A DNA stretch of 64,000 nt from Bacteroidales bacterium (lineage in GTDB: Bacteria > Bacteroidota > Bacteroidia > Bacteroidales > UBA3824): assembly GCA_045597465.1 (NCBI GenBank), contig JAZLKG010000008.1:15859-79858 (forward strand), given 5' to 3'. Under the pieces are notes generated by a model, which saw nothing but the letters and a program-made list of their open reading frames with translations, was not told where the DNA came from and made no database searches. Each line of letters starts with the position of its first letter. The stretch's first letter is position 1. The position numbers were made by a program, and so were the translations under genes. Shown here in pieces: positions 53,668-62,844 of this stretch.

Positions 53668-54411
53668 TCAGCACTGATGAATCAGCCTATACGCCACGCT
53701 TCCAGGCTGTGGACTTGCGGGGCAGTTGTCGCGGCTGAACCAGCCGGCGTCGGCAATCTCCTCGGGCTGAAGCTTGATTTCGCCGCTCTCGTATTCGGCG
53801 GTGAAGCCCATCATCAACTGCGCCGGGAATGGCCAGCTCTGAGAGGCGTAATATTTCACGTTCCTGACCCTGAGACCTGCCTCCTCAAAAATCTCGCGCT
53901 CCACGGCCTGCTCCACGGTCTCGCCAGCCTCGATGAATCCTGCAAGACAGGCGTAGATATCCTGATTGCGCTGTGCGTGGCGGGCAAGGAGAATCTTGTC
54001 GCCCTTGGAAACCAAGACGATAATGCAGGGATTTATCCTCGGGAAAATAATGTTTCCGCACTTTGGGCATACGCGTGCGGTCTCGGTCTTGCTCTCCTCG
54101 AGCGCTGTGCCGCAGCATCCGCAAAATCTCGTGCTCTTGCGCCATTCCACCAAGGCTTTGGCCCTCGAGAGCTGAAAACAATTGTCGTAGCCCATCTCGG
54201 CAAACTGACTGCGGATAGGCACCCACTTGTAATTTGCGTGAGCGAAATCCTCGCTTATATTAATCACCGAAATGCCGTTGCGCTCCTCGGTGAATGTGTC
54301 CAAAGGCTTTGAAAGTCCGCTGATAATCTCCAAATCCTTGGCATTCAACTGACAATCATCGTTGGTAACCAGCATATTGCGGTTGCCGATTGCGAAATAA
54401 AAATTTTCCAT
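53668..54411 (-). CDS. nudC: NAD(+) diphosphatase (Nudix, zinc-ribbon type)
   Basis: Zinc ribbon CGCCGT...CPKCGN. Nudix box GFIEAGETVEQAVEREIFEEAGL. Start trimmed to MENFYFAIG (54411). Confidence 0.88.
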   Translation of the reverse strand: MENFYFAIGNRNMLVTNDDCQLNAKDLEIISGLSKPLDTFTEERNGISVINISEDFAHANYKWVPIRSQFAEMGYDNCFQLSRAKALVEWRKSTRFCGCCGTALEESKTETARVCPKCGNIIFPRINPCIIVLVSKGDKILLARHAQRNQDIYACLAGFIEAGETVEQAVEREIFEEAGLRVRNVKYYASQSWPFPAQLMMGFTAEYESGEIKLQPEEIADAGWFSRDNCPASPQPGSVAYRLIHQC

Positions 54412-54484
54412 AATTTCTGTATTTGGTCGTTGGCAAAGATAAGAAAAAGTTTTAATTTTTCCCCTGCCTTTACGATATCTAAAA

Positions 54485-56074
54485 TTACTGCGTGGTTCTG
54501 TACACATGCAGCACGGTGTTGGAGTTTCTATGATTGAACATTTCTATTATTATGTCGGCCAGCGATGGCGAGAACGAGGTCTCGTAGCTGAGCTGGGGGA
54601 AAATCCCGCGCATCCGGGCCAGCCGCTCGGGCATGTTGTTGTCGCCGCAGAATATCACGTACTGGGGCTGCTCCCTCATCAGCGGATTGTGGAAAAACCT
54701 CTCGGTGTATATATAGTGCTCGCGCGAGGAGGGCGATGCCGACGCCGACGAGTACGCTATCGACCTGTCGGGCTCGGTGTCCTGACGGTTGAGTATGTAG
54801 ATGTCGACGTCCTTGCCCATGAAAAACTGCGGCAGGCTCTTGCTGCCGTCGCTCTGGCTGTTTTCCACCATCAGCGACGATATGTCGGCCTTGTGGCGCG
54901 ACAGGTGTATCATAGTCTCCACCTGAGGCTTGCGCACGTATGCCACGGTGGCAAGCATCAGCATGGGTATGTTTACTATGAAGAAGCTGATGCCGCACCA
55001 TTTCCTTAGGCGTGGACGTGTGGTCCAGAACCTGGATTCGGCCATGTAGCGGAACCATCCCGTGGCGCACAGTATCAGAAACAAAGGCAGAATGGCCAGC
55101 ATGAACTTCTCCTCCTTGTTGGGCAGCAGATACGATACCGACAGGTATATCGTAACGGGCCAGAACAGCAGGAAACAGTGCTTCCATGATTTCACGTATC
55201 CGAAGATACCGGCCAGGCCCCACGGCAGCGGTATTATCATCACCAGTATGGATATGTACATGTAGAACGACCTTGGGCCGCTGATGGCGTTGCTGCCTGA
55301 TATTATGTTGCGGATATATTCGCCCAGGATGTAGAACGGAGTGCCAAGTATCAGGGTGTTTGTGAGGCCCTCCAGCGCCAGTATGGATATGGCGGCGCCA
55401 AAGAGCAGCAGCAGGGCGCGCTTGATGCCGGATTTCAGCAGCAGGCTTATGGCGGCGCCAAGTATCAGAAGCACAAGGTTGTAGCAGAATGTCACCGATA
55501 CGCCCATGAGGAATCCCGTAAAAATGTCGTCGGCAAATTTGTAGGTCTGCCGCCGGGTTTTTGCCAGCCTGTATGTGGCGGCCAGCAGCAGCACCGCGGC
55601 CACGTTCTCTGGCAGGGTGCGCACGCAGATGTAGGGCATGAACCACAGCATCGACGATATCAGGCCTATGGCCAGGGCGGCCTTGCGGTTGGCCAGGCGG
55701 TAGGTGATGCGGTAGCAATAGTAGATTACCAGCATCGACAGCATGGCGTGCAATAGCCTCATTACAAACATCTTGCTCTGAGGATCAAATATGCCGGCCA
55801 CCTCGCACGCACCCAGTATGGCGGCATTTACGCACAGGTATATCAGGCTATGGCCGTGCGACACAAAATCCTTGCCGCCATCCTGATCCACTATCTGCTG
55901 GATGGATGAGCCTCCCTGCCACAGCTGCTGGGCGTTTTCCACATACATATAGTGGTCGTATCCGAAAGCTATGCCCTGCGACAGCAGCACGGCAAGTATC
56001 CGGAATGCGAAACCCGCCCAGATGCAGAACAGCAGCGGTTTTTCCTCCAAGCAATATTTTAGGAACTGTCGCAA
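54485..56074 (-). CDS. polytopic membrane protein, probable GT-C-fold glycosyl/mannosyltransferase (PMT_2/ArnT/Alg9-like)
   Basis: 529 aa with at least 10 hydrophobic helices in the N-terminal 400 aa and a soluble C-terminal domain. TTG start at 56074. The family call is tentative. Confidence 0.5.
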   Translation of the reverse strand: MRQFLKYCLEEKPLLFCIWAGFAFRILAVLLSQGIAFGYDHYMYVENAQQLWQGGSSIQQIVDQDGGKDFVSHGHSLIYLCVNAAILGACEVAGIFDPQSKMFVMRLLHAMLSMLVIYYCYRITYRLANRKAALAIGLISSMLWFMPYICVRTLPENVAAVLLLAATYRLAKTRRQTYKFADDIFTGFLMGVSVTFCYNLVLLILGAAISLLLKSGIKRALLLLFGAAISILALEGLTNTLILGTPFYILGEYIRNIISGSNAISGPRSFYMYISILVMIIPLPWGLAGIFGYVKSWKHCFLLFWPVTIYLSVSYLLPNKEEKFMLAILPLFLILCATGWFRYMAESRFWTTRPRLRKWCGISFFIVNIPMLMLATVAYVRKPQVETMIHLSRHKADISSLMVENSQSDGSKSLPQFFMGKDVDIYILNRQDTEPDRSIAYSSASASPSSREHYIYTERFFHNPLMREQPQYVIFCGDNNMPERLARMRGIFPQLSYETSFSPSLADIIIEMFNHRNSNTVLHVYRTTQ

Positions 56075-56101
56075 GATTATACGAAAATTATTTGTTGGAA
56101 T

Positions 56102-56244
56102 TCCCTGTCGGGATTTTTTTTCTTATCCGAAAATTAAAAGAATTTAAAAGAATAAAAAGAATTTACTCTTCAACGTAAAAATTCTTTTCCATTCTTTCCC
56201 ATTCTTTTAATTTTCAGATAAAAACTGCATCCCGTCAGGGATGC
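56102..56244 (-). repeat. palindromic intergenic element, copy C (99-nt core 56123-56221, bracketing hairpins 56102-56113 and 56227-56244), in inverted orientation
   Basis: The reverse complement reads gcatccctgacgggatgc-agttt-TTATCTGAAAATTAAAAGAATGGGAAAGAATGGAAAAGAAT ... ATTCTTTTAAATTCTTTTAATTTTCGGATAA-gaaaaaaaa-tcccgacaggga-attcc. Confidence 0.85.
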
Positions 56245-56248
56245 CTGT

Positions 56249-58072
56249 TTAAAACATCTGAAGGTCGCAGAGGCGTTTGTAGGCACCGTTTTTGGCAATC
56301 AGCTCGTCGTGTTTGCCCCGCTCTATTATCTGTCCCTCGTTGAGCACGCAGATCTCGTCGGCGTTCTTTATGGTGGATAGTCTGTGGGCTATCACTATGG
56401 ATGTTCGGTTTTTCATCAGGTTTATCAGGGCATCCTGCACCAGGCGCTCGCTCTCGGTGTCGAGGGCCGATGTGGCCTCGTCGAGTATCAGTATTGGAGG
56501 ATTCTTGAGCACGGCGCGGGCAATGGAGATTCTCTGTCTCTGACCGCCGGAGAGCTTGCATCCGCGGTCGCCCACCATGCTCTCGTAGCCCTCTTCCTTC
56601 TCGCGGATAAAATCTGTGGCATTGGCCACCTTGGCGGCGGCCTCTATCTCATCATCCTTGGCCGATGCCACTCCAAATGCTATATTGTTCCTGATGCTGT
56701 CGTTGAAGAGTATCGACTCCTGATTTACGTTGCCCATCAGGCCGCGGAGGTCTGATACCTTGTAGTCCTTCACGTTGATGCCGTCAATAAGAATCTCGCC
56801 CTCCTCTATGTCCCAGAACCGGGGCAGCAGGTCCACAAGGGTGGATTTGCCCGATCCCGACTGCCCCACCAGGGCCACAGTCTTGCCCTTGGGGATGGTA
56901 AGGTTTATATTGCGGAGAACATATTTCTCGGCATACTTGAACGACACGTTCCTGAACTCTATGCTGTGCTGGAAGTCGCTGATTCTTACTGGATTCTCTA
57001 TCTCGGGCACATTCATGGACTCTTCCAGGATGGCGTTTACCCTCTCCAGCGACGCCATTCCCTTCTGTATGGTGTTGGTGGTGCGGGCCAGGTCCTTGGC
57101 TGGATTCAGTATCTGCGAGAATACGGTAAGGTAGGCGATAAACTCAGCTGCCGTAAATGTGGTGTCGCCCTTCTCGAGTATCAGGTATCCGCCCACCACC
57201 AATACAAAAGTGAACACGGCTATGCCAAGGAACTCGCTAAGTGGCGAGCTCAAAGAGTGTTTCCTCATCACCAGGTTTTGCAGGCTGTACACCTTGCCGT
57301 TTATCTTCTCGAAACGGTCCTTCATCTTGCTCTCGGCCACAAAGGCCTTTATGATCCTGAGTCCGCCCAGAGTCTCCTCCATGATGGTGAGCATCTCGCC
57401 GGCAGCCTGCTGGCCAAGTTTCGATGAACTCTTCAGGCTCTTGCCTATCTTGCCTATCAGTATGGCTATGCCGGGCAACACCACAAACACAAACACCGTG
57501 AGCTCCCAGCTTGTGTATATCATGTAGCTGAGAAACACCACTATCTGAATCGGGTCCTTGAACAGCATATCCAGACTACCTGATATACTGGCCCTTATCT
57601 CCTGCACATCGCTGGTGAAGCGGCTCAGGATATCGCCCTTTTTGCTGTCGGAAAAATACCTGAGCGGCAGGTCCAGTATCTTGTTATAGATTCTGCGCTG
57701 AAACTGCATTACGCTGCCATTGCTGATGGGCGCCATGAAGAAACTACCCATATATGCGAAGAAGTTTCGTCCAAAAGCTCCTACGAGCACGGCGGCTCCC
57801 ATAAACAGAAGGGCCTGGAACTTGCCATTACTCTGTGTGATACAGTATACCTGATACTCGAAATGAGCCATGAAACTCTTGTAGTTCCATGCAAACTCGC
57901 CGGGGTCCGATACTACCTCGTTGCTGCCGAACAGCATATCGAGAAACGGTATAAACATCGTGAAACTGAATAGAGAGAATACCGTGCTCAATGCATTGAG
58001 TATTACATTGAGCAAGGCATATTTCTTGAAAGGCGCTATGTATTGCCAGAGTACTACGAAACTGTTTTTCAT
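56249..58072 (-). CDS. ABC transporter permease/ATP-binding protein (MsbA-like exporter)
   Basis: 607 aa with a six-TM N-terminal half. Walker A GQSGSGKST, signature LSGGQRQRISIARA and Walker B ILILDEATSALD. Confidence 0.9.
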   Translation of the reverse strand: MKNSFVVLWQYIAPFKKYALLNVILNALSTVFSLFSFTMFIPFLDMLFGSNEVVSDPGEFAWNYKSFMAHFEYQVYCITQSNGKFQALLFMGAAVLVGAFGRNFFAYMGSFFMAPISNGSVMQFQRRIYNKILDLPLRYFSDSKKGDILSRFTSDVQEIRASISGSLDMLFKDPIQIVVFLSYMIYTSWELTVFVFVVLPGIAILIGKIGKSLKSSSKLGQQAAGEMLTIMEETLGGLRIIKAFVAESKMKDRFEKINGKVYSLQNLVMRKHSLSSPLSEFLGIAVFTFVLVVGGYLILEKGDTTFTAAEFIAYLTVFSQILNPAKDLARTTNTIQKGMASLERVNAILEESMNVPEIENPVRISDFQHSIEFRNVSFKYAEKYVLRNINLTIPKGKTVALVGQSGSGKSTLVDLLPRFWDIEEGEILIDGINVKDYKVSDLRGLMGNVNQESILFNDSIRNNIAFGVASAKDDEIEAAAKVANATDFIREKEEGYESMVGDRGCKLSGGQRQRISIARAVLKNPPILILDEATSALDTESERLVQDALINLMKNRTSIVIAHRLSTIKNADEICVLNEGQIIERGKHDELIAKNGAYKRLCDLQMF

Positions 58073-58247
58073 ATAATATCATTGTAATTTTCCGCAAAGG
58101 TAATACAAATTTCCACACAGCGCCTCAAAAATCCGCTTTTTATAAATATTTCATACAGATTATTTGTAAAATCCAAAAAAATGCCTTTTCTTTGGCCTCT
58201 GAAAAAAAATACATTATAGATTTATACACCAATTTACTATTAGAATT

Positions 58248-60731
58248 ATGGAATTCGGACATTATGACGACCAGAACAGGGAATTTGTGATTACAAACCC
58301 TGCCACTCCATGGCCTTGGATCAACTACCTTGGCAACGAGGACTTTTTCTCCTTAATATCCAACACAGCAGGCGGATACAGCTTCTACAAGGACGCCAAG
58401 TTCCGCCGCATAACACGTTACCGCTACAATGGCGTGCCAATGGACAACGGCGTCCGCTACTTCTACATCAACGACAACGGCACAATATGGAGCCCGGGCT
58501 GGAAGCCCTGCAAGACTCCGCTCGATTTCTACGAGTGTCGCCACGGCATGAACTACACCAAGATCAAAGGCGCAAAAGATGGAATAGAGGCATCAGTACT
58601 CTTCTTTGTCCCACTCAAGACTTGGGCAGAGGTTCAGAAGGTTACAATCAAGAACACAACATCAGAGACCAAGAAAATAAAGCTCTTCTCTTTCCAGGAA
58701 TGGTGTCTATGGAACGCCGCCACCGATATGGAGAACTTCCAGAGAAACTTCTCTACAGGCGAGGTGGAGATAGACGGCTCTGTAATCTACCACAAGACAG
58801 AATACAAGGAGCGCCGCAACCACTACGCATATTATTCCGTAAACGTACCCGTGCAGGGCTACGATACCGACCGCGAGTCGTTCATCGGCCTCTACAACGA
58901 GTTTGCAAATCCTCAGTGCGTAATGGCAAGCAAGCCAAGCAACTCGCTCGCTCACGGCTGGTCGCCAATAGCCTCTCACTACATAGAGGTGGAGCTGAAG
59001 GCCGGCGAGAGCAAGGATTACATCTTCCTTCTCGGCTATGTGGAAAACGAGCAGGATCAGAAATTTGACGAGGCTGAGATCGCCCGCAAGAAATCCGGCG
59101 CGCTCATCACATCGCAGGCATCAGACCGCACACTTATTAATAAGAAGAAGGCACAGGAGGTAATCAAGAGATTTTCAACAGCCGAAGCTGTTGAAAAGGC
59201 ATTCGCTGAGCTCTCGGCAATGTGGGACGCTCTCCTCGACAAGTACGCTGTAAAGTCTTCAGACGACAAGTTGAACCGTATGGTAAACATCTGGAGCCAG
59301 TATCAGTGTATGATAACATTCAACTTCTCACGCTCGGCCTCGTTCTTCGAGAGCGGTGTTGGCCGTGGCATGGGATTCCGCGACAGCAACCAGGACCTCG
59401 TAGGTTTTGTTCACCAGGTACCTTCACGCGCAAGAGAGAGAATCATCGACATCGCCTCTACTCAGTTCCCGGACGGCGGCTGCTACCACCAGTATCAGCC
59501 TCTCACCAAGCACGGCAACAATGACATCGGCGGCGGTTTCAACGACGATCCTTGCTGGCTCATCTTCGGTACTGTGGCTTACGTAAAGGAGACCGGAGAC
59601 TTCTCTATCCTCGACGAGCCTGTACCATTCGACAACAAGCCAGGCACAGAGGTTTCGCTCTTCGATCACTTGAGAATCAGCTTCAACCACGTTGTGGAGA
59701 ACCTCGGTCCTCACATGCTTCCTCTTATCGGCCGCGCCGACTGGAACGACTGTCTGAACCTCAACTGTTTCTCTTGGGATCCAAACGAGAGCTTCCAGAC
59801 CACCGAGAACAATTCGGTAGGCAGCAAGGCTGAGTCTCTGATGATTGCAGGTTTGTTTGTTGTTACAGGTAAGGACTACATCGCTCTCTGCAAGCAGATG
59901 GGCAAGGACGACGAGGCTGCTCGCGCTCAAAAATGCGTTGACTCAATGATAGAGGCCGTAAAGAAGCACGGCTGGGACGGCGAGTGGTACTTGCGCGCCT
60001 ACGACTTCTACGGCAACAAGATTGGATCCAACGAGAACGAGGAAGGCAAGATCTTCATCGAGAGCCAGGGCTGGTGCCAGATGGCCGGTATCGGCTTGGA
60101 GGACGGTATGGTTGATAAGTCTATCGACGCCTGCAAGAAGTACCTCGACAGCGAGCACGGCATGGTTCTCAACAATCCGGCATACACCGTTTACCACGTT
60201 GAAATGGGTGAGATTTCCTCATATCCAGCAGGTTACAAGGAGAATGCCGGTATATTCTGCCACAACAATCCTTGGGTGATAATCGGCGAGACAGTTGCCG
60301 GCCGTGGCAACGACGCCTGGGAACTCTTCCAGAAGATTGCCCCAATGTACCTGAAGGATCAGGAGCTCCACAAGGTGGAACCTTACGTAAACTGCCAGAT
60401 GGTGGCTGGCAAGGACGCCGCAAGGCCAGGCGAGGGCAAGAACTCTTGGCTGACCGGTACAGCAGCCTGGATGTGGTACACAGTAAGCCAGTATCTGCTC
60501 GGCATCAAGCCTGACTACAATGGTATTGTGGTTGATCCTTGTCTTGAGGCTTCAATGAAGGGCTACAAAGTAACACGTCAGTTCCGTGGCGCTACATACG
60601 AGATAGAGGTTGTAAACAGCGGCGCTCAGAAGGGCGTTAAGGAGCTCTACGTAAACGGGAAGAAAGTGGATGGCAACCTTGTTCCGATGGCCAAAAGTGG
60701 CGAAAAAGTGCTTGTAAAGGCCATTATGTAG
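58248..60731 (+). CDS. GH94 glycoside phosphorylase (cellobiose/cellodextrin/chitobiose phosphorylase family)
   Basis: 827 aa. The N-terminus [38 protein letters not shown] and the catalytic-region motif [10 protein letters not shown] are typical of GH94. Confidence 0.88.
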   Translation: MEFGHYDDQNREFVITNPATPWPWINYLGNEDFFSLISNTAGGYSFYKDAKFRRITRYRYNGVPMDNGVRYFYINDNGTIWSPGWKPCKTPLDFYECRHGMNYTKIKGAKDGIEASVLFFVPLKTWAEVQKVTIKNTTSETKKIKLFSFQEWCLWNAATDMENFQRNFSTGEVEIDGSVIYHKTEYKERRNHYAYYSVNVPVQGYDTDRESFIGLYNEFANPQCVMASKPSNSLAHGWSPIASHYIEVELKAGESKDYIFLLGYVENEQDQKFDEAEIARKKSGALITSQASDRTLINKKKAQEVIKRFSTAEAVEKAFAELSAMWDALLDKYAVKSSDDKLNRMVNIWSQYQCMITFNFSRSASFFESGVGRGMGFRDSNQDLVGFVHQVPSRARERIIDIASTQFPDGGCYHQYQPLTKHGNNDIGGGFNDDPCWLIFGTVAYVKETGDFSILDEPVPFDNKPGTEVSLFDHLRISFNHVVENLGPHMLPLIGRADWNDCLNLNCFSWDPNESFQTTENNSVGSKAESLMIAGLFVVTGKDYIALCKQMGKDDEAARAQKCVDSMIEAVKKHGWDGEWYLRAYDFYGNKIGSNENEEGKIFIESQGWCQMAGIGLEDGMVDKSIDACKKYLDSEHGMVLNNPAYTVYHVEMGEISSYPAGYKENAGIFCHNNPWVIIGETVAGRGNDAWELFQKIAPMYLKDQELHKVEPYVNCQMVAGKDAARPGEGKNSWLTGTAAWMWYTVSQYLLGIKPDYNGIVVDPCLEASMKGYKVTRQFRGATYEIEVVNSGAQKGVKELYVNGKKVDGNLVPMAKSGEKVLVKAIM

Positions 60732-60794
60732 CAAAAAAATCAAAAAAATATGCAAATTAATCGGTTTTACATTAGTATAATCAATTTATTTGCT

Positions 60795-60802
60795 TATATT
60801 TG
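60795..60802 (+). promoter_or_regulatory. -7 box TATATTTG upstream of the H1-like gene
   Basis: TAnnTTTG match 63 nt upstream of the ATG at 60865. Confidence 0.5.
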
Positions 60803-60864
60803 CAGCGGATTTAGAAAACAAATAAATCTCAAATATTTATAAACTCTTAAAAACATCAACAAAA

Positions 60865-61050
60865 ATGGAAAATTTGGCAAAAATCGTAGCCGACATCAAG
60901 GCTCAGTATGAGGCATTCGCAAAGGACGCAGACGCACTCGTAAACGCTGGCAACAAGGCAGCTGGTGCACGTGCCCGCAAGGTATCTCTCGAGATCGAGA
61001 AGCTTACAAAGGAGTTCCGCAAGGTTTCTATCGAGGCTTCTAAGAAGTAA
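60865..61050 (+). CDS. histone H1-like small basic protein (Bacteroidota type)
   Basis: 61 aa. The segment NKAAGARARKVSLEIEKLTKEFRKVSIEASKK resembles Bacteroides proteins annotated histone H1. Confidence 0.7.
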   Translation: MENLAKIVADIKAQYEAFAKDADALVNAGNKAAGARARKVSLEIEKLTKEFRKVSIEASKK

Positions 61051-61081
61051 TTCAGCGAAATTGCTTTAGAACAAAATAAAT

Positions 61082-61118
61082 GCGCCCTGAATGGAAGATT
61101 CCGTTCAGGGCGTTTTTT
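61082..61118. terminator. intrinsic terminator between convergent H1-like and ATPase genes
   Basis: gcgccctgaatgg-aagatt-ccgttcagggcg followed by tttttt. Confidence 0.8.
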
Positions 61119-61133
61119 ATGTTTTGCGTGAGT

Positions 61134-62558
61134 CTATTCAAACAGGTCGTCTATTGTAATGGATTTCACAACCTTGTTGTTATACATACTTTCGGCGAGG
61201 CCGTAAGGTGTTATCATCGTGAGCCATACAGCGTAGGGATAAGCCGTCTCCTCCTTGAAACTGGCTATCCTGTTCTGCATTTTCTCGCTCTCGGCCTTTC
61301 TGATTAGGTATTTTGTAGACGAATACTTTATCTCGCAGAGGTTTACCTTGCGGTCGGCACGTTCTATTATTAAATCAACCTGCGCTTTGGTTTCTGTATT
61401 CTTGCTTCTCCACGAATAACTTTGTGTTGATATTCCGTCTATCTTCAAGGCCTTTTTTATCTGTTGAATGTGTGCCAGACAAACTTTCTCGAAAGCCAGC
61501 CCAAGCCAAGTGTTTGTCTGCGGAGTATCCAGATGATTCTGCCAGTAGTCGATTTCCACCTCGCCGCGTTGTGCAAATGTGAGATAAAACATTGAGAAGA
61601 AATCTGTCAGCTGATATATCGATGTTGAAGTCTTTACTTTTTTGCCACGGACATTGTATTTCCTTATGATGTCGCAGTTTATCAAATCTTCCAGTTTGGC
61701 GCTGAGGCTTCCGCTCGATTCCATTTTCAGTTTTTGCGCAATCTCGTCCCTTGTCAAGCCCTTCTTGTCTTTGGCCAGCGCCTCCACTATCGCGCAATAT
61801 TTGTCGGGAGAATTAAACAGCGTGCTGTACAGTCTCTTGTATTCACGTCTCAGGCTTGGATCCTGCGAGAAAAACAGGCGGTCGATGTTTTGTGCGAAAC
61901 TCTCGTCTTTTTTCAGCAAACAAAGGTAATACGGAATTCCGCCCAATGCCATATATGCCTGAGTAATTGAGTCTCTGTCCCATTGGAAATCATTGCTAAT
62001 CAATAGGTCTTCGGTTTCTTTCAGGGTGAATGGACGAAGGTGCATTTCGTAAGATATTCTGTCGTGGAGACCACCCTTGTTGTCGATGATGTTCTTTATC
62101 ATCCACGAAGTAGCAGACCCGCAGACTATAAGCAGCAGGTTTTTCTGAAGCGACGCCCAACTGTTCCAGAAATATCCCAAGGCATTGGTGAATCCCGATC
62201 TCTGAGTATCGAAACAGGGAAGTTCGTCGATGAATATAATACAGGGCTTGTCGTCGGATATCTTTGTTTTCAGCAAATCTTTCAACATTATGAACGCATT
62301 CATCCAGTCTTTGGGAGTATCGCTGACATCAGCGCCGAAATCCTTGAGCGCCTCCACGAAAGAAGTCATCTGATTCTCGTAGTTGCCGTCCAGAACGCCA
62401 GTCACCGAGAAGGAAAATCTGTTTTGGAACAATTGATTCACCAAAAAAGTTTTTCCGACCCTGCGCCGTCCGTATATGGCCACAAACTGAGGAGTCTGCG
62501 ATACGGCAAACTCTTCCAGCAATTGTATCTCGTTGTATCTTCCTATAAGTTTTTTCAT
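61134..62558 (-). CDS. AAA-type ATP-binding protein (PF01637-like ATPase with a PD-(D/E)xK-like C-terminus), second copy of this architecture
   Basis: Walker A GRRRVGKTFL and Walker B IFIDELP. C-terminal QVDLIIERADRKVNLCEIKYS. Start trimmed to MKKLIGRYNE (62558). Confidence 0.8.
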   Translation of the reverse strand: MKKLIGRYNEIQLLEEFAVSQTPQFVAIYGRRRVGKTFLVNQLFQNRFSFSVTGVLDGNYENQMTSFVEALKDFGADVSDTPKDWMNAFIMLKDLLKTKISDDKPCIIFIDELPCFDTQRSGFTNALGYFWNSWASLQKNLLLIVCGSATSWMIKNIIDNKGGLHDRISYEMHLRPFTLKETEDLLISNDFQWDRDSITQAYMALGGIPYYLCLLKKDESFAQNIDRLFFSQDPSLRREYKRLYSTLFNSPDKYCAIVEALAKDKKGLTRDEIAQKLKMESSGSLSAKLEDLINCDIIRKYNVRGKKVKTSTSIYQLTDFFSMFYLTFAQRGEVEIDYWQNHLDTPQTNTWLGLAFEKVCLAHIQQIKKALKIDGISTQSYSWRSKNTETKAQVDLIIERADRKVNLCEIKYSSTKYLIRKAESEKMQNRIASFKEETAYPYAVWLTMITPYGLAESMYNNKVVKSITIDDLFE

Positions 62559-62602
62559 AACCCTGACAAATGATTTCCGCTGCAAATATACCAAAAATAA
62601 TT

Positions 62603-62702
62603 TGAGTTTTTTCCAAAACAGTAAAAAAAATGCAGTTTTGGAAAAAACTCACCTGAGTTTTTTCCAAAATCGATGTTTTTTGTCACTTTTGGAAAAAACT
62701 CA
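62603..62702. repeat. two tandem 49-nt hairpin units with perfect 16-bp stems (TGAGTTTTTTCCAAAA-N17-TTTTGGAAAAAACTCA)
   Basis: Unit a is 62603-62651 and unit b is 62654-62702. The stems are identical and the loops differ (cagtaaaaaaaatgcag versus tcgatgttttttgtcac). Confidence 0.9.
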
Positions 62703-62743
62703 TAGTTTTTAAGACTTTATGTATAGTTCACTTCAAAAACCGC

Positions 62744-62787
62744 AAATTTGGGCACTTTCGGCAAAATAAAAATGGTAAATTTGGGCA
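62744..62787 (+). repeat. direct repeat AAATTTGGGCA x2, spaced 33 nt, in the sbcD upstream region
   Basis: Copies at 62744-62754 and 62777-62787. Candidate operator half-sites. Confidence 0.6.
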
Positions 62788-62802
62788 AATTGATTTTTTA
62801 TA

Positions 62803-62810
62803 TATCTTTG
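62803..62810 (+). promoter_or_regulatory. -7 box TATCTTTG upstream of sbcD
   Basis: TAnnTTTG match 35 nt upstream of the proposed TTG start at 62845. Confidence 0.5.
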
Positions 62811-62844
62811 CTCTTGATTCTTAACCCTTAATTCTTTATTGAAA

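Noticed and set aside
48087-54411. A horizontally acquired island (sbcC, two Rpn-type genes, nudC) suggested by apparent ATT rather than ATA Ile codons and lower GC.
   Set aside because: When I sampled more codons by eye, sbcC, both Rpn-type genes and the ATPases showed mixed ATA, ATT and ATC usage. The AT-rich stretches of sbcC coincide with K/E/N/I-rich coiled coils. The signal is not robust without a real per-gene codon and GC computation.
54528-55718. A 396-aa alternative-frame ORF inside the GT-C membrane protein gene, and a 236-aa ORF at 20664-21374 inside mtgA.
   Set aside because: These are Arg/Pro/His-rich out-of-frame translations with no motifs. The overlapping frames encode a coherent polytopic membrane protein and a GT51 enzyme respectively.
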